IMG/VR virus record: IMGVR_UViG_3300023178_000030
Location: 14,963 to 78,962 of that record
Strand: one strand, 5' to 3'
Length of the DNA stretch: 64,000 bases
DNA from: a virus
The translations under genes and the position numbers were made by a program. Under the pieces are notes generated by a model, which saw only the letters and a program-made list of their open reading frames with translations, was not told the origin of the DNA and searched no databases. Below, in pieces: positions 47,954 through 57,262 of the stretch. How positions within the stretch are numbered: position 1 is the stretch's first letter; each line of letters opens with the position of its first letter.

Positions 47954-48147
47954 GAAGAAATGTTCACCATATTGCTTTTAATATTTGGTTATATTCTTTT
48001 GTGGTTTTATGTACTTTACCGATTACAATAGTTATCGTTTTGAATCTTCTAGAGTTGTACCTATGGTTGACAGACCGCCCTGCCTTGCCTTCTTTTCTGC
48101 ATCCCATTGAAGTGATAAAGCAACTAGCTCAAAAATTATCCACATAA
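47950..48147 (+). CDS. Small membrane protein
   Basis: ATGA coupling; hydrophobic segment; overlaps antisense ORF. Confidence 0.45.
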   Translation: MRRNVHHIAFNIWLYSFVVLCTLPITIVIVLNLLELYLWLTDRPALPSFLHPIEVIKQLAQKLST

Positions 48148-48571
48148 CACCACCAACGAATAAAGATACAAGTACACCATCTCTGATTTGTTTTTTTCGT
48201 CTTAATTTTTTATAGACTTGTTCTTCTCTTTGTCGTTTTAATTTTCTTCGTAGTGCAATCATTTCTTCGTAAACTGTTCCACCATAACGCCACTTAATCA
48301 TAGTTGCAAGATCAGCTTCCATTTGTTGTATTTTCTTTTTATGAACGATAATGTCTAACGCCTCTTGTTCAACAGACTTTGCAGCCATGAACTTTTTCAT
48401 ACTAGATGGATTTTCTCGTTCCTGTCTTGCATGATTGAAATCGGAGACTGCACTAAACCATTTACCGATTTGTCCTGTGACATCTTCGATATCTCTACCT
48501 GCATCAACTAATTTTTTGATACCATTAAATGCAGCTGTAGCCGCAGTAATGGCAGTAATTGGATCTATCAA
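48032..48571 (-). CDS. Membrane-anchored hypothetical protein (likely TTG start)
   Basis: RBS GAGGA; IDP...A.AAF..IKK....G.D pattern; C-terminal TM; late promoter on - at 48659-48666. Confidence 0.65.
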   Translation of the reverse strand: MIDPITAITAATAAFNGIKKLVDAGRDIEDVTGQIGKWFSAVSDFNHARQERENPSSMKKFMAAKSVEQEALDIIVHKKKIQQMEADLATMIKWRYGGTVYEEMIALRRKLKRQREEQVYKKLRRKKQIRDGVLVSLFVGGVMWIIFELVALSLQWDAEKKARQGGLSTIGTTLEDSKR

Positions 48572-48658
48572 TAGATTATCCTCTGTTATATTGTTACGAT
48601 AACAAAAAATGATATAAGAATAGTAAAATGTGGGGTTCAAGTGAATCAACTCTACAAC

Positions 48659-48672
48659 TATTTATATAAATA
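48659..48672. promoter_or_regulatory. Back-to-back overlapping late promoters
   Basis: TATTTATATAAATA contains TATAAATA on both strands. Confidence 0.6.
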
Positions 48673-48697
48673 TAATATAACAAGGAGAGATAATAAG

Positions 48698-48943
48698 ATG
48701 ATAAAATCAATGTTATTAAAGAATGATACGGCAATACAAATCACAATAGGACTATTAATCGCAGTATGTATAGGAATTGTTTCAATGTTAATTTCATTTA
48801 TAGGTTTCTGGCCTTTCATGTATGCATTATTGTGTGGTGTTTGTATTTTCTTTCTAATTATGATAATGTTGTGTTTATCAGCTGATTTAGAGAGGGCTCG
48901 TGCAAAAGACAGTCCTATGATGGACAGAAATGATTTCTCGTAG
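48698..48943 (+). CDS. 2-TM membrane protein
   Basis: RBS AAGGAG; two hydrophobic helices. Confidence 0.6.
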   Translation: MIKSMLLKNDTAIQITIGLLIAVCIGIVSMLISFIGFWPFMYALLCGVCIFFLIMIMLCLSADLERARAKDSPMMDRNDFS

Positions 48944-49130
48944 TAAAAACCCAGACGGTTCTTCATATTATGTTGTAACAAATGATTATGATGATGTATT
49001 ATTAATTACACAAAATTCATCTATCGCAAACTTTTACAACGACCATTATCCTCGTGGTAATAAAACATACCATATCAATTGTATATCAGGAGAAGAATAT
49101 GAAGAATTACTTAAAAAATCTACTCGTTAG
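48930..49130 (+). CDS. Hypothetical protein
   Basis: 66-aa ORF within operon. Confidence 0.55.
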   Translation: MISRSKNPDGSSYYVVTNDYDDVLLITQNSSIANFYNDHYPRGNKTYHINCISGEEYEELLKKSTR

Positions 49131-49431
49131 TTTTTCAATTTTTATATATAGTAATGTGAGTTTCTCACAAGGACTTACACTAGACGAAATGCCAAGATGG
49201 GAAGTATGTGTACACGCATCTCAACTAGGTTTGTTACTTGCACAAATTATTATATACCAAAATAAAGAACCACAAATAGCTGCAAGTAGAGAACCTACTG
49301 AATATGAAGCCAAGGTGATTACAGAAGTTATGAATCGTGTGAAGTATCTAATATCAATAGAAAACTACTACAATCCAGACCATGTTCGCAAAACAATTTT
49401 AAATGAATGTTTAAAGGAAAATCCACTATGA
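49099..49431 (+). CDS. Exported hypothetical protein
   Basis: RBS AGGAG; signal peptide; Cys pair. Confidence 0.6.
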   Translation: MKNYLKNLLVSFSIFIYSNVSFSQGLTLDEMPRWEVCVHASQLGLLLAQIIIYQNKEPQIAASREPTEYEAKVITEVMNRVKYLISIENYYNPDHVRKTILNECLKENPL

Positions 49432-49778
49432 CAGACAATATAACATTAACAGATACAGCTAAACACAAATTACAGATGATGTTATTTGATGACGGTAAAA
49501 CTGTTGATTTTAATAATCAAGTTAGACTATTTGTAAAGGGTGGTGGTTGTGCAGGACTTAACTATGGATTTGAATTTTCTCATGAGGAAGATGATGATTA
49601 TAAGATACCATTAAACAATATGAATGATGCGTTTCTTGTAATTGATGCAATGAGTTATCCTTATATTGAAGGTGCAACAATTGACTATGCAAAAACTCTG
49701 ATGGGCGAATCGTTTACATTTAAAAACCCAAACGCATCTGCAACTTGTGGATGTGGTTCATCATTTACAGCTGGATAG
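49428..49778 (+). CDS. A-type Fe-S carrier (ErpA/IscA, HesB family)
   Basis: GGGCAG..Y, D.MS..Y..GA.IDY, NPNA..TCGCGSSF. Confidence 0.93.
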   Translation: MTDNITLTDTAKHKLQMMLFDDGKTVDFNNQVRLFVKGGGCAGLNYGFEFSHEEDDDYKIPLNNMNDAFLVIDAMSYPYIEGATIDYAKTLMGESFTFKNPNASATCGCGSSFTAG

Positions 49779-49817
49779 TACAATGATGATGTCTATAAAG
49801 AGAGGAGAAAAACAAAA

Positions 49818-49973
49818 ATGCATAGACAAGACATACTTGACAAGAATAATAAAACTGTGTATAATGAACCTAAACTTGAGAAAGAAACAGACAGTAGTGA
49901 AGAAGAGCCCGAACCAGAATCAACTAGTAATAAACAATTCACAGGACATATGCACCCTCATGAGTTGTTATGA
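49818..49973 (+). CDS. Small acidic protein (51 aa)
   Basis: RBS GAGGAG; preferred over the 49747 track ORF; contains TTGACA-17-TATAAT at 49837-49865. Confidence 0.45.
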   Translation: MHRQDILDKNNKTVYNEPKLEKETDSSEEEPEPESTSNKQFTGHMHPHELL

Positions 49974-49988
49974 AAACAAACTAATATT

Positions 49989-50228
49989 ATGAAAGTAGAT
50001 GTACCCAGAATCCTAGAAAGAATATTCAATTCTAGATATTACGAAATAGATGTCACAGATTTACCGTTAGTTGATTTAGCTAAGGCTCCATTCATGGTTA
50101 AAGTGCAAGATGGGAAAGCAAGATTTCTTGTATTTGCATATGATGAGTGTGAGGCTTATTCAAGAGTTTTTTCATTTATAGAAGGGAATGGATATTATTA
50201 TGATGAGTATGATGACGAAGATGAATGA
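49989..50228 (+). CDS. Hypothetical protein
   Basis: 79 aa with acidic tail. Confidence 0.6.
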   Translation: MKVDVPRILERIFNSRYYEIDVTDLPLVDLAKAPFMVKVQDGKARFLVFAYDECEAYSRVFSFIEGNGYYYDEYDDEDE

Positions 50229-50327
50229 TTCTGGGTATGTTTATGCAGACAGAATAACTCCAATCTATGTAGAAGTAGATAATGCAGAATTACAATTCGA
50301 TTTAACAGTAGAATCAGAAAGTTACGA

Positions 50328-50555
50328 ATGTTTACACATAATCACAATTCAAAACTAAAATACTTTTTACTAGGTGTTGTTACAACACTTATATTAGTAT
50401 TTGCATCAACGCATCTGTTTGAAGCCAAGAGTAAGAAAGAAGATTTTTTTGACACGCAAATGCGATTGATGATGTTGAAGTTTCTACAGTTAGGTATAGA
50501 TAAAACTAAAAAAGACTTGGAGTGTTCTAAAAATGATTTTGTGTCAGAAGTGTAA
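50328..50555 (+). CDS. Membrane-anchored hypothetical protein
   Basis: One TM segment. Confidence 0.5.
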   Translation: MFTHNHNSKLKYFLLGVVTTLILVFASTHLFEAKSKKEDFFDTQMRLMMLKFLQLGIDKTKKDLECSKNDFVSEV

Positions 50556-50708
50556 GATAGAACACAATCGTGCAGATGTAATGTTGATAGACAATAAGTT
50601 TGTTTGTCGATTCTGCATATCAAATTTTATGGAAGAAAAGCCAACAAAACTAGACTTGTTCTTAAAACAACTATATTATGAATACGAACAATCGAAAGGT
50701 AAGATGAA

Positions 50709-50948
50709 GTGAAAATTGAAAAGAAAGATTATGAATCATTTGCGAAAGAACTGGACAACAACCTAGTATTCATATCACGCAAAAGTCTAAAGAAATGTAA
50801 AGTGTTTACAAATGAGTATTCTATAGACGATATAAGTAAACTCTTTAAAGAGAATCCCACTTTTAAAAATTATTATATAAGCCAACACATTCATAAGAAA
50901 CATGGTTTTATGGGTGCGTTAGCGTTTTCAAGGATATTTAAATTATGA
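50709..50948 (+). CDS. Hypothetical protein
   Basis: 79 aa, coupled to next gene. Confidence 0.5.
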   Translation: MKIEKKDYESFAKELDNNLVFISRKSLKKCKVFTNEYSIDDISKLFKENPTFKNYYISQHIHKKHGFMGALAFSRIFKL

Positions 50949-51586
50949 CAGATTATAATAACTTTCCATCAGCACCACTCAACGAACATCTCTATTTCAA
51001 GAAATTTGTAGATTATGTAGAACAAAGTACGATAAACATTACTGAAGAAATGATGTTTGATTGGTTAAAGATTAGAAACCGTTGGCCTTGGAACGCAAAA
51101 CCCAACATATCAATTAATCATGGAGAAAATTACAGAGAATCAGTATGCGTATTAACTAATGTTGGAGTAAAAACAAGTAGTTTCTATTCTACTCATGTCG
51201 ATACTGGTTTGTATTTAGATTTTGATAAATGGTTCTGGTTTCATGAAAGAGGATTTCTTACCACCATTGCAGATGTATTAGATTTACACAAAGACTTGAG
51301 AGATATAGAAGAAAAGGGTAGAGAGATACTCGGTTTTAGTCCACACGCAAATTTTTATTTTGCAAGAAAATCAAAAATAAATGAAACTACTCCATCATTT
51401 GCACCACATTCACACCCATATCCAGTTGCAATTAAACAAATCTACGGAGAATCTCTTTGGTTACTTAACGGAAAACAGTTTATTCTCAAGCCACAAGAAA
51501 CCATATATGTTCCAAGAAACACAGAACACGCAGTATTAGAAAATTCAACAGATAAATTATCATTAACCATTAACATATACCACTAA
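50945..51586 (+). CDS. JmjC/cupin-like oxygenase
   Basis: ANFY, SFAPH.H, KQIYG...W, YVP....H, KLSLT. Confidence 0.75.
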   Translation: MTDYNNFPSAPLNEHLYFKKFVDYVEQSTINITEEMMFDWLKIRNRWPWNAKPNISINHGENYRESVCVLTNVGVKTSSFYSTHVDTGLYLDFDKWFWFHERGFLTTIADVLDLHKDLRDIEEKGREILGFSPHANFYFARKSKINETTPSFAPHSHPYPVAIKQIYGESLWLLNGKQFILKPQETIYVPRNTEHAVLENSTDKLSLTINIYH

Positions 51587-51587
51587 T

Positions 51588-51827
51588 ATGACTGAACAAC
51601 TACAAAACCTATTCAACAAAATCACCAAACTCAAAGACGAACTCAATGAGCTCCGTCAAGAAAACAAACATCTCAAAGATGACCTCAAACGATTCAAAGA
51701 CGAGGAAACCTATCGTAATCATTGGACTAATCCACAATATCAAAAGACCATATGTGAAGTATGGGATATTCATGATATCAATACACCAGATGATGATCGA
51801 GCTGTTATCATTCAAGATAATAAATGA
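51588..51827 (+). CDS. Coiled-coil hypothetical protein
   Basis: 79 aa. Confidence 0.55.
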   Translation: MTEQLQNLFNKITKLKDELNELRQENKHLKDDLKRFKDEETYRNHWTNPQYQKTICEVWDIHDINTPDDDRAVIIQDNK

Positions 51828-51879
51828 AACTTATATTAACAATTACTATACTTGTTTTCATAACAATCTACATTAATAC

Positions 51880-52434
51880 ATGAATATTTTTTCACTATTC
51901 CCAACTCCAGTTTTCACATGGGAGAATATCCTATCTGAAGAAGAAAGGAAGTCTATTGACGATTCCTTGGGTAATGATACTTTTCAAAAACATATAGATA
52001 TCCCTAGTCTTAAAGAATTCATACATAACACAGCTATGAAAGACATCTTTATTACACTAGGTATTGATAAGAATTATACAGTTGAAATCACAGAAATGTG
52101 GGGTAATATACTCAATACTGGAGATGACCATCAATATCATAGTCACCCAAACAATGTCTATAGTGGAATCTATTATGTAACAGGGGGTAATCCTACTAAT
52201 TTTGTTGACCCTAGAACAACCAATGGATTACAAATAAAACAATCATTAAATGATTTTAGTGCAACAACATCTTCTATCAATGCAACACCAAATACTATGA
52301 TTATTTTTGATAGTTGGTTAAGACATTTCGTACTCACTAATAAAACAAAAATCACAAGAAAAACTATATCATTCAATATACTATTGAGAGGAGAGTACGG
52401 ATTAGAAGGTAGTTATTCCAATGTAAGGATTTAA
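51880..52434 (+). CDS. 2OG-Fe(II) oxygenase (TIGR02466-like)
   Basis: LFPTP, MW.N, HSHPN, SGIYY, F.SWL.H.V, R.TISFN. Confidence 0.85.
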   Translation: MNIFSLFPTPVFTWENILSEEERKSIDDSLGNDTFQKHIDIPSLKEFIHNTAMKDIFITLGIDKNYTVEITEMWGNILNTGDDHQYHSHPNNVYSGIYYVTGGNPTNFVDPRTTNGLQIKQSLNDFSATTSSINATPNTMIIFDSWLRHFVLTNKTKITRKTISFNILLRGEYGLEGSYSNVRI

Positions 52435-52502
52435 GTCATTGATTTTAAATGAAACTTTTTTGGATATTTCTCTTGACATTTACAATACTACTGTATTATA
52501 AT
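52432..52502 (+). promoter_or_regulatory. IHF-site-linked promoter, copy 3
   Basis: TAAGTCATTGATT at 52432, TTGACA at 52473, TATAAT at 52497. Confidence 0.8.
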
Positions 52503-52537
52503 AGCTACATAATCAATTAATTAAAGAGAGAAATATT

Positions 52538-52930
52538 ATGAAAACAGTTACTAAAACCAGACACTCTGATGCAAGTCATTCATGGTTATCAGTCAATCGT
52601 AAAGAACTTGCTAAGTTAGGTATTGAATCTAAAATATCAAGACATTCATATCAAGGTAAAAAATATCCTAACACAATCTTTTTAGAAGAAGATGTAGATA
52701 TGCCTTTATATCTTAAAGCTTGTAAAGAGAACAATATCGAAGTTAAGATTAAAGATTCTACAAACTCTAGATTTCAAACAAGACCTCATAAGATAAGAGG
52801 CTATAATTTCTTTCAGTCAACTGAAGATGCATATGCAATACAGATGTTATTCACTCCATCTGATAATACTCCAAAGAAAAAAAGTGAAGTTATAGAGAAC
52901 GCAATGAACTCTATTGTTGTGCCAGCATAA
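52538..52930 (+). CDS. Conserved early hypothetical protein
   Basis: D..H.WL.V...IS..SY...FLEED.D; monocistronic between promoter and terminator. Confidence 0.7.
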   Translation: MKTVTKTRHSDASHSWLSVNRKELAKLGIESKISRHSYQGKKYPNTIFLEEDVDMPLYLKACKENNIEVKIKDSTNSRFQTRPHKIRGYNFFQSTEDAYAIQMLFTPSDNTPKKKSEVIENAMNSIVVPA

Positions 52931-52969
52931 CAAAATCTCTTCTGTTTAAGTTAGTAGTTAATCATAAGT

Positions 52970-52994
52970 AGGGGTCGAAAGGCCCCTTTTCTTT
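52970..52994 (+). terminator. Intrinsic terminator
   Basis: AGGGGTC-GAAA-GGCCCCT followed by a T run. Confidence 0.85.
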
Positions 52995-53014
52995 GCAGTC
53001 TAAATATAAACACT

Positions 53015-53257
53015 ATGCAAAATTATTTTATTACAATCATGATACTACTATCGTTCAATGACGAACAAATCTATAAGTATGTGCAACATAAAGAAGCTTA
53101 TCAGACTTATTCAGAATGTAGTTATTACTTAAATACACCACAGATGCGAGAGTACATACAAACATCACTCAATGAAAGATTGTGTGATAAACTAGTCGCT
53201 ATTGTAGAGTATGGTTGTATGACAAAAGAAGCCTATATCGAATACTCTACAAATTGA
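53015..53257 (+). CDS. Hypothetical exported protein
   Basis: Hydrophobic N-terminus; Cys residues. Confidence 0.55.
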   Translation: MQNYFITIMILLSFNDEQIYKYVQHKEAYQTYSECSYYLNTPQMREYIQTSLNERLCDKLVAIVEYGCMTKEAYIEYSTN

Positions 53258-53258
53258 C

Positions 53259-53288
53259 TTGACAAAATTAATTACTTAATGTTATAAT
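53259..53288 (+). promoter_or_regulatory. sigma70 promoter of DNA polymerase
   Basis: TTGACA-18-TATAAT. Confidence 0.8.
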
Positions 53289-53296
53289 CTTTTACT

Positions 53297-55825
53297 ATGA
53301 ACTTTTATTCTCATGTCGCCCAATGGGGCAATCAACTACTAGTCCGTGCAGTTAAGAATGGTTTTCGATCTAATTTTAAAGTTAGATACAAACCAACAAT
53401 GTATGTGCCTGTTAAGAAAGAAACTCCATTCAAATCACTTGATGGTAAGAATCTTGCACCTGTGAAGTTTGACACTATCAAAGAATCAAAAGAGTTTATT
53501 GACAGTTATGAAAGTCAACCACATCTACTCTATGGTCTAACAAAATATCCTTACTGTTACATTACAGAAACATATCCTCATCAGATTAGTTTTGATAAAA
53601 AGTATCTGAAGTTTATTACGATTGATATTGAAACGCAATGCGAGAATGGTTTCCCTAATGTGCGTGAAGCTATTGAACCAATGTTATCAATTACTATCAA
53701 AGATCAGAATACGAAAGAAATTATCGTGTGGGGTATTGGTGAATACATTAACAATCGTGATGATGTGACTTACATCAACTGCAAGAATGAATCTGAATTA
53801 CTCAAACGATTCGTAAACTGGTGGTCATCAGATCATCCTGACATTATTACAGGTTGGAATACTGAAATGTTTGATGTACCGTATCTGTGCAATCGTATCA
53901 AGACAGTACATGATGTCGATATGATGAAAAAATTGTCGCCATGGGGTATTGTGAATTCGAGAGAAGTGCGTACACAATATGGTAATGAATTACTCTACGA
54001 CATTCTTGGTGTCGAAAATCTAGATTATCTACAACTCTATAAGAAATTTACATACACTAATCAAGAATCATATCGTCTTGACAACATTGCATTTGTAGAA
54101 CTTGGTGAAAGAAAAGACGAGAATCCGTACGATACATTCAAAGACTGGTACACAAAAGATTATCAATCATTTCTAGATTACAACATCAAAGATGTAGAGT
54201 TAGTTGACAGACTTGACGAGAAAATGAAACTTGTTGATTTACTACTGACTATGGCTTACGAAGCGAAAGTCAATCTCACAGATGCGTATACATCAGTCAA
54301 GTATTGGGATATTCTAATCTTTAATCATCTATACAAACAAAAGATTATGATACCACAGTTAAAAAATCAACGACAGAAATCAGAAAAATATGTTGGTGCA
54401 TATGTCAAAGAACCACAAACAGGATTGCATAACTGGGTTGTATCATTTGACTTAAACAGTCTATATCCACATTTGATTATGCAGTATAATATATCACCAG
54501 AAACATTGTGTGCAGAAACACTAACCATCGACAAAGAGAAATGTGTAGACTTGTTCTTAAAACAAGACTATAATCAATCATTATTGAAAGAACAGAATGT
54601 AACAGCAACACCCAATGGTGCATTGTTTTCAAAACAAACGCAAGGTTTTCTACCAAAGATGATGCAAGAGATGTATAATGATCGAACAATTTACAAGAAA
54701 AAGATGTTAGATGCGAAGAAAGATTACGAGAAAACAAAAGACAAACAGTATTTGAATCTGATTTCGAGATACAACAATATACAGATGGCGAGAAAAATCT
54801 CACTCAACTCAGCTTACGGTGCAATCGGTAATCAATGGTTTCGTTATTATGAGCTACTGATTGCAGAGGGCATCACTACATCTGGTCAATTGTCTATTCG
54901 ACATATAGAGAACAAACTCAATGAATATCTAAATAAGATATTAAAGACAACAGGAGAAGATTATGTCATTGCGTCAGATACAGATAGCGTATATATCACT
55001 TTTGACAAACTTATATGCAAATTGTATGATAAGGGATCTGGAGTACAAAAAGAAGATAGAACAAGAATCATCAATTTCTTGGACACTATTTCTAAAGATA
55101 AAATTGAACCGTTTATTGAAGAATGTTATCAAACACTTGCATTGAATGTCAATGCATATGCACAAAAGATGCAGATGAAACGAGAAGTGATTGCAGACAA
55201 GGGTATCTGGACTGCAAAGAAACGATACATTCTTAATGCGTATGATGTAGAAGGTGTACGATATAAAGAACCCCAACTAAAAATTATGGGCATAGAAGCA
55301 GTAAAATCATCAACACCTGCACCCTGTAGAGAGAAGATTAAACAGGCTCTAAAGATCATTATGCAATCGAATGAGAAAGAACTCAATACATTTATACAAC
55401 AATTTCGAGATGAATTCTTTCAATTAGAACCGAAAGAGATTGCATTTCCCCGTAGTGTGAATGGTATTGACAAATGGTCCGACTCATCTAGTATCTATCG
55501 AAAGGGTTCACCAATGCACATTAAGGGTGTTATACTCTATAATTATCTACTGAATGACAGAAAACTTACTCATAAGTATCCTGTTATCAATGAAGGTGAA
55601 AAGATTAAGTATGTGTTACTCAAACAACCCAATCGACTAGGCTCTAATGTATTATCGTTTATGACTAAATTACCCAAAGAGTTAAATATTAATCAGTATA
55701 TAGACTATGATACAATGTTTGAAAAGTCATTCATAGAACCCTTGATGTTTATCATCAATCAAGTCAAGTGGAACATTGATCGTAGTTATGGTACTCAATC
55801 AACACTTGAATCATTCTTCGTATGA
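53297..55825 (+). CDS. gp43: Family B DNA polymerase gp43
   Basis: DIET exonuclease, SFDLNSLYP, KISLNSAYG, SDTDS, KKRY. Confidence 0.98.
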   Translation: MNFYSHVAQWGNQLLVRAVKNGFRSNFKVRYKPTMYVPVKKETPFKSLDGKNLAPVKFDTIKESKEFIDSYESQPHLLYGLTKYPYCYITETYPHQISFDKKYLKFITIDIETQCENGFPNVREAIEPMLSITIKDQNTKEIIVWGIGEYINNRDDVTYINCKNESELLKRFVNWWSSDHPDIITGWNTEMFDVPYLCNRIKTVHDVDMMKKLSPWGIVNSREVRTQYGNELLYDILGVENLDYLQLYKKFTYTNQESYRLDNIAFVELGERKDENPYDTFKDWYTKDYQSFLDYNIKDVELVDRLDEKMKLVDLLLTMAYEAKVNLTDAYTSVKYWDILIFNHLYKQKIMIPQLKNQRQKSEKYVGAYVKEPQTGLHNWVVSFDLNSLYPHLIMQYNISPETLCAETLTIDKEKCVDLFLKQDYNQSLLKEQNVTATPNGALFSKQTQGFLPKMMQEMYNDRTIYKKKMLDAKKDYEKTKDKQYLNLISRYNNIQMARKISLNSAYGAIGNQWFRYYELLIAEGITTSGQLSIRHIENKLNEYLNKILKTTGEDYVIASDTDSVYITFDKLICKLYDKGSGVQKEDRTRIINFLDTISKDKIEPFIEECYQTLALNVNAYAQKMQMKREVIADKGIWTAKKRYILNAYDVEGVRYKEPQLKIMGIEAVKSSTPAPCREKIKQALKIIMQSNEKELNTFIQQFRDEFFQLEPKEIAFPRSVNGIDKWSDSSSIYRKGSPMHIKGVILYNYLLNDRKLTHKYPVINEGEKIKYVLLKQPNRLGSNVLSFMTKLPKELNINQYIDYDTMFEKSFIEPLMFIINQVKWNIDRSYGTQSTLESFFV

Positions 55826-56346
55826 GAACAATAACAATAGAACAATCAATACTCATACAACCCACAGTAAATCACACTCAATTCAAAGACTTGTTATTAA
55901 AACAAATAGAAAAAACAACCTATGAAAAACGCATCAATAATAAAGAATCTATTACTAAAACAGACTATCACATCAGAGAAACACAAAGAGAATGGGTAAA
56001 AATATTCACATTAAACACTCAAAATACACTACAAGAAATAATCAATACTCTACAATTTGAAAAAGCTTACTTTCTATCAGTATGGTTTCAACAGTATCAT
56101 ACCAATGATTTTCATGCGTTTCATCATCATGGAATGTCTGATTACTCTGGTATCTACTATCTAGAATTATCAGATAACACTTATACACAAATACTAGTGA
56201 ATGATAAGATCAAAGATATTGAAGTATCAGAGGGTGATATAGTTGTATTTCCAAGTCAATTACGACACAGATGTCCTAAAGTAACAACCAATAATAGAAG
56301 AACGATTATCTCTTTTAATTTTGATACTCTCGGCTTTATTGGATAA
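55822..56346 (+). CDS. 2OG-Fe(II) oxygenase-like protein
   Basis: WFQQY...H.FHHH, SGIYYL, FPS.L.H, R.IISFN. Confidence 0.8.
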   Translation: MRTITIEQSILIQPTVNHTQFKDLLLKQIEKTTYEKRINNKESITKTDYHIRETQREWVKIFTLNTQNTLQEIINTLQFEKAYFLSVWFQQYHTNDFHAFHHHGMSDYSGIYYLELSDNTYTQILVNDKIKDIEVSEGDIVVFPSQLRHRCPKVTTNNRRTIISFNFDTLGFIG

Positions 56347-56560
56347 TGCAGTATAATATATCGTGCAATGCGATAGAAATAGTAGAATATATGGCGTTAT
56401 AATCAGTATAGTATGATATGCGTTAAATATTAAAAAATGCCGTATAAAATATGGTAATGTGTTCTGTGTAGTGAGGATAAGTCTACTATATATCGGTCAC
56501 GGCTGTCAAATATCAGACACTCTAAAGAAATTTCGCAGTAAAATCAATGACTTGCAGCGA
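56347..56560. other. Non-coding region with degenerate repeats, leftward promoter and IHF site (candidate origin)
   Basis: Repeated GTA(T/G)AATATAT-like units; minus-strand TTGACA at 56509-56504, 18 bp, TAGACT; AATCAATGACTTG at 56542-56554. Confidence 0.45.
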
Positions 56561-56567
56561 AATCATG

Positions 56568-56673
56568 TAACTCCCTGATTCTAAACGATTTTTTCTTGGA
56601 AATATCCCTTGTTTTTTTCTGTGTATTTGTTATACTAGCTATAATGATTAACAAAACACAGGAAAACAAAATG
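56568..56673 (+). promoter_or_regulatory. IHF-site-linked promoter, copy 4 (degenerate), with repeated leader
   Basis: TAACTCCCTGATT at 56568, TTGTTT at 56609, TGnTATACT with -10 at 56631. Confidence 0.7.
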
Positions 56674-57012
56674 TTAAAAACTTATCAATTATATCAAACA
56701 TTTGACGGTTCTAAAATTCGTAGAGATGCAATGTTCTATGGCAAAGATTCTAAATTCTATAATTTAAGACAGGCTGAAGAAGCTTTCGCAGGTAGATACA
56801 GAAAAGACAACTACAAATTTGTAGGCGAGATGCATTGCAAGAGTGTCAACGAGGCGTATGAGAAGTCAAACATGGGCGAGGGTCCTAAAGGTGCATACTC
56901 AATGAGTGTTGGTGACATACTAGTGAACAAAAAGACTGGTAGAACATACATTGTTGCAAGAATCGGATTTGACGAGTTATACAAATGGGCTTATGGAAAG
57001 GAGGCTGCATAA
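56671..57012 (+). CDS. YodL-like domain protein
   Basis: YQLYQ...Y..V...SMSVGDIL. Confidence 0.6.
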   Translation: MLKTYQLYQTFDGSKIRRDAMFYGKDSKFYNLRQAEEAFAGRYRKDNYKFVGEMHCKSVNEAYEKSNMGEGPKGAYSMSVGDILVNKKTGRTYIVARIGFDELYKWAYGKEAA

Positions 57013-57013
57013 T

Positions 57014-57262
57014 ATGAGTAAGAAACAACAATACGAGATAGTAGAAGGTATGCAACGACAGATAGATGATTTCTTTCGTAGTGCAGAAACTACAGTTAAG
57101 AAACTTAAGGGTTATACTTATGATGATGACTTGTATAGTGATCTATACAAAGATGCGAGAGGTGTAAGACCTACCCCAGAAATGATTGACTATTGGAATA
57201 ACAAGGCTGTTCCTAAAGTTAAACAAAGAATGTGGGATATGTTATGTGAGGAGTTAGTATGA
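57014..57262 (+). CDS. Hypothetical protein
   Basis: RBS AGGAGG; YSDLYKDARGVRP motif. Confidence 0.7.
   Translation: MSKKQQYEIVEGMQRQIDDFFRSAETTVKKLKGYTYDDDLYSDLYKDARGVRPTPEMIDYWNNKAVPKVKQRMWDMLCEELV

Noticed and set aside
56596-56670. N-terminal extensions in track ORFs 56596, 59762 and 58561
   Set aside because: They run through promoter sequence; the real starts are downstream
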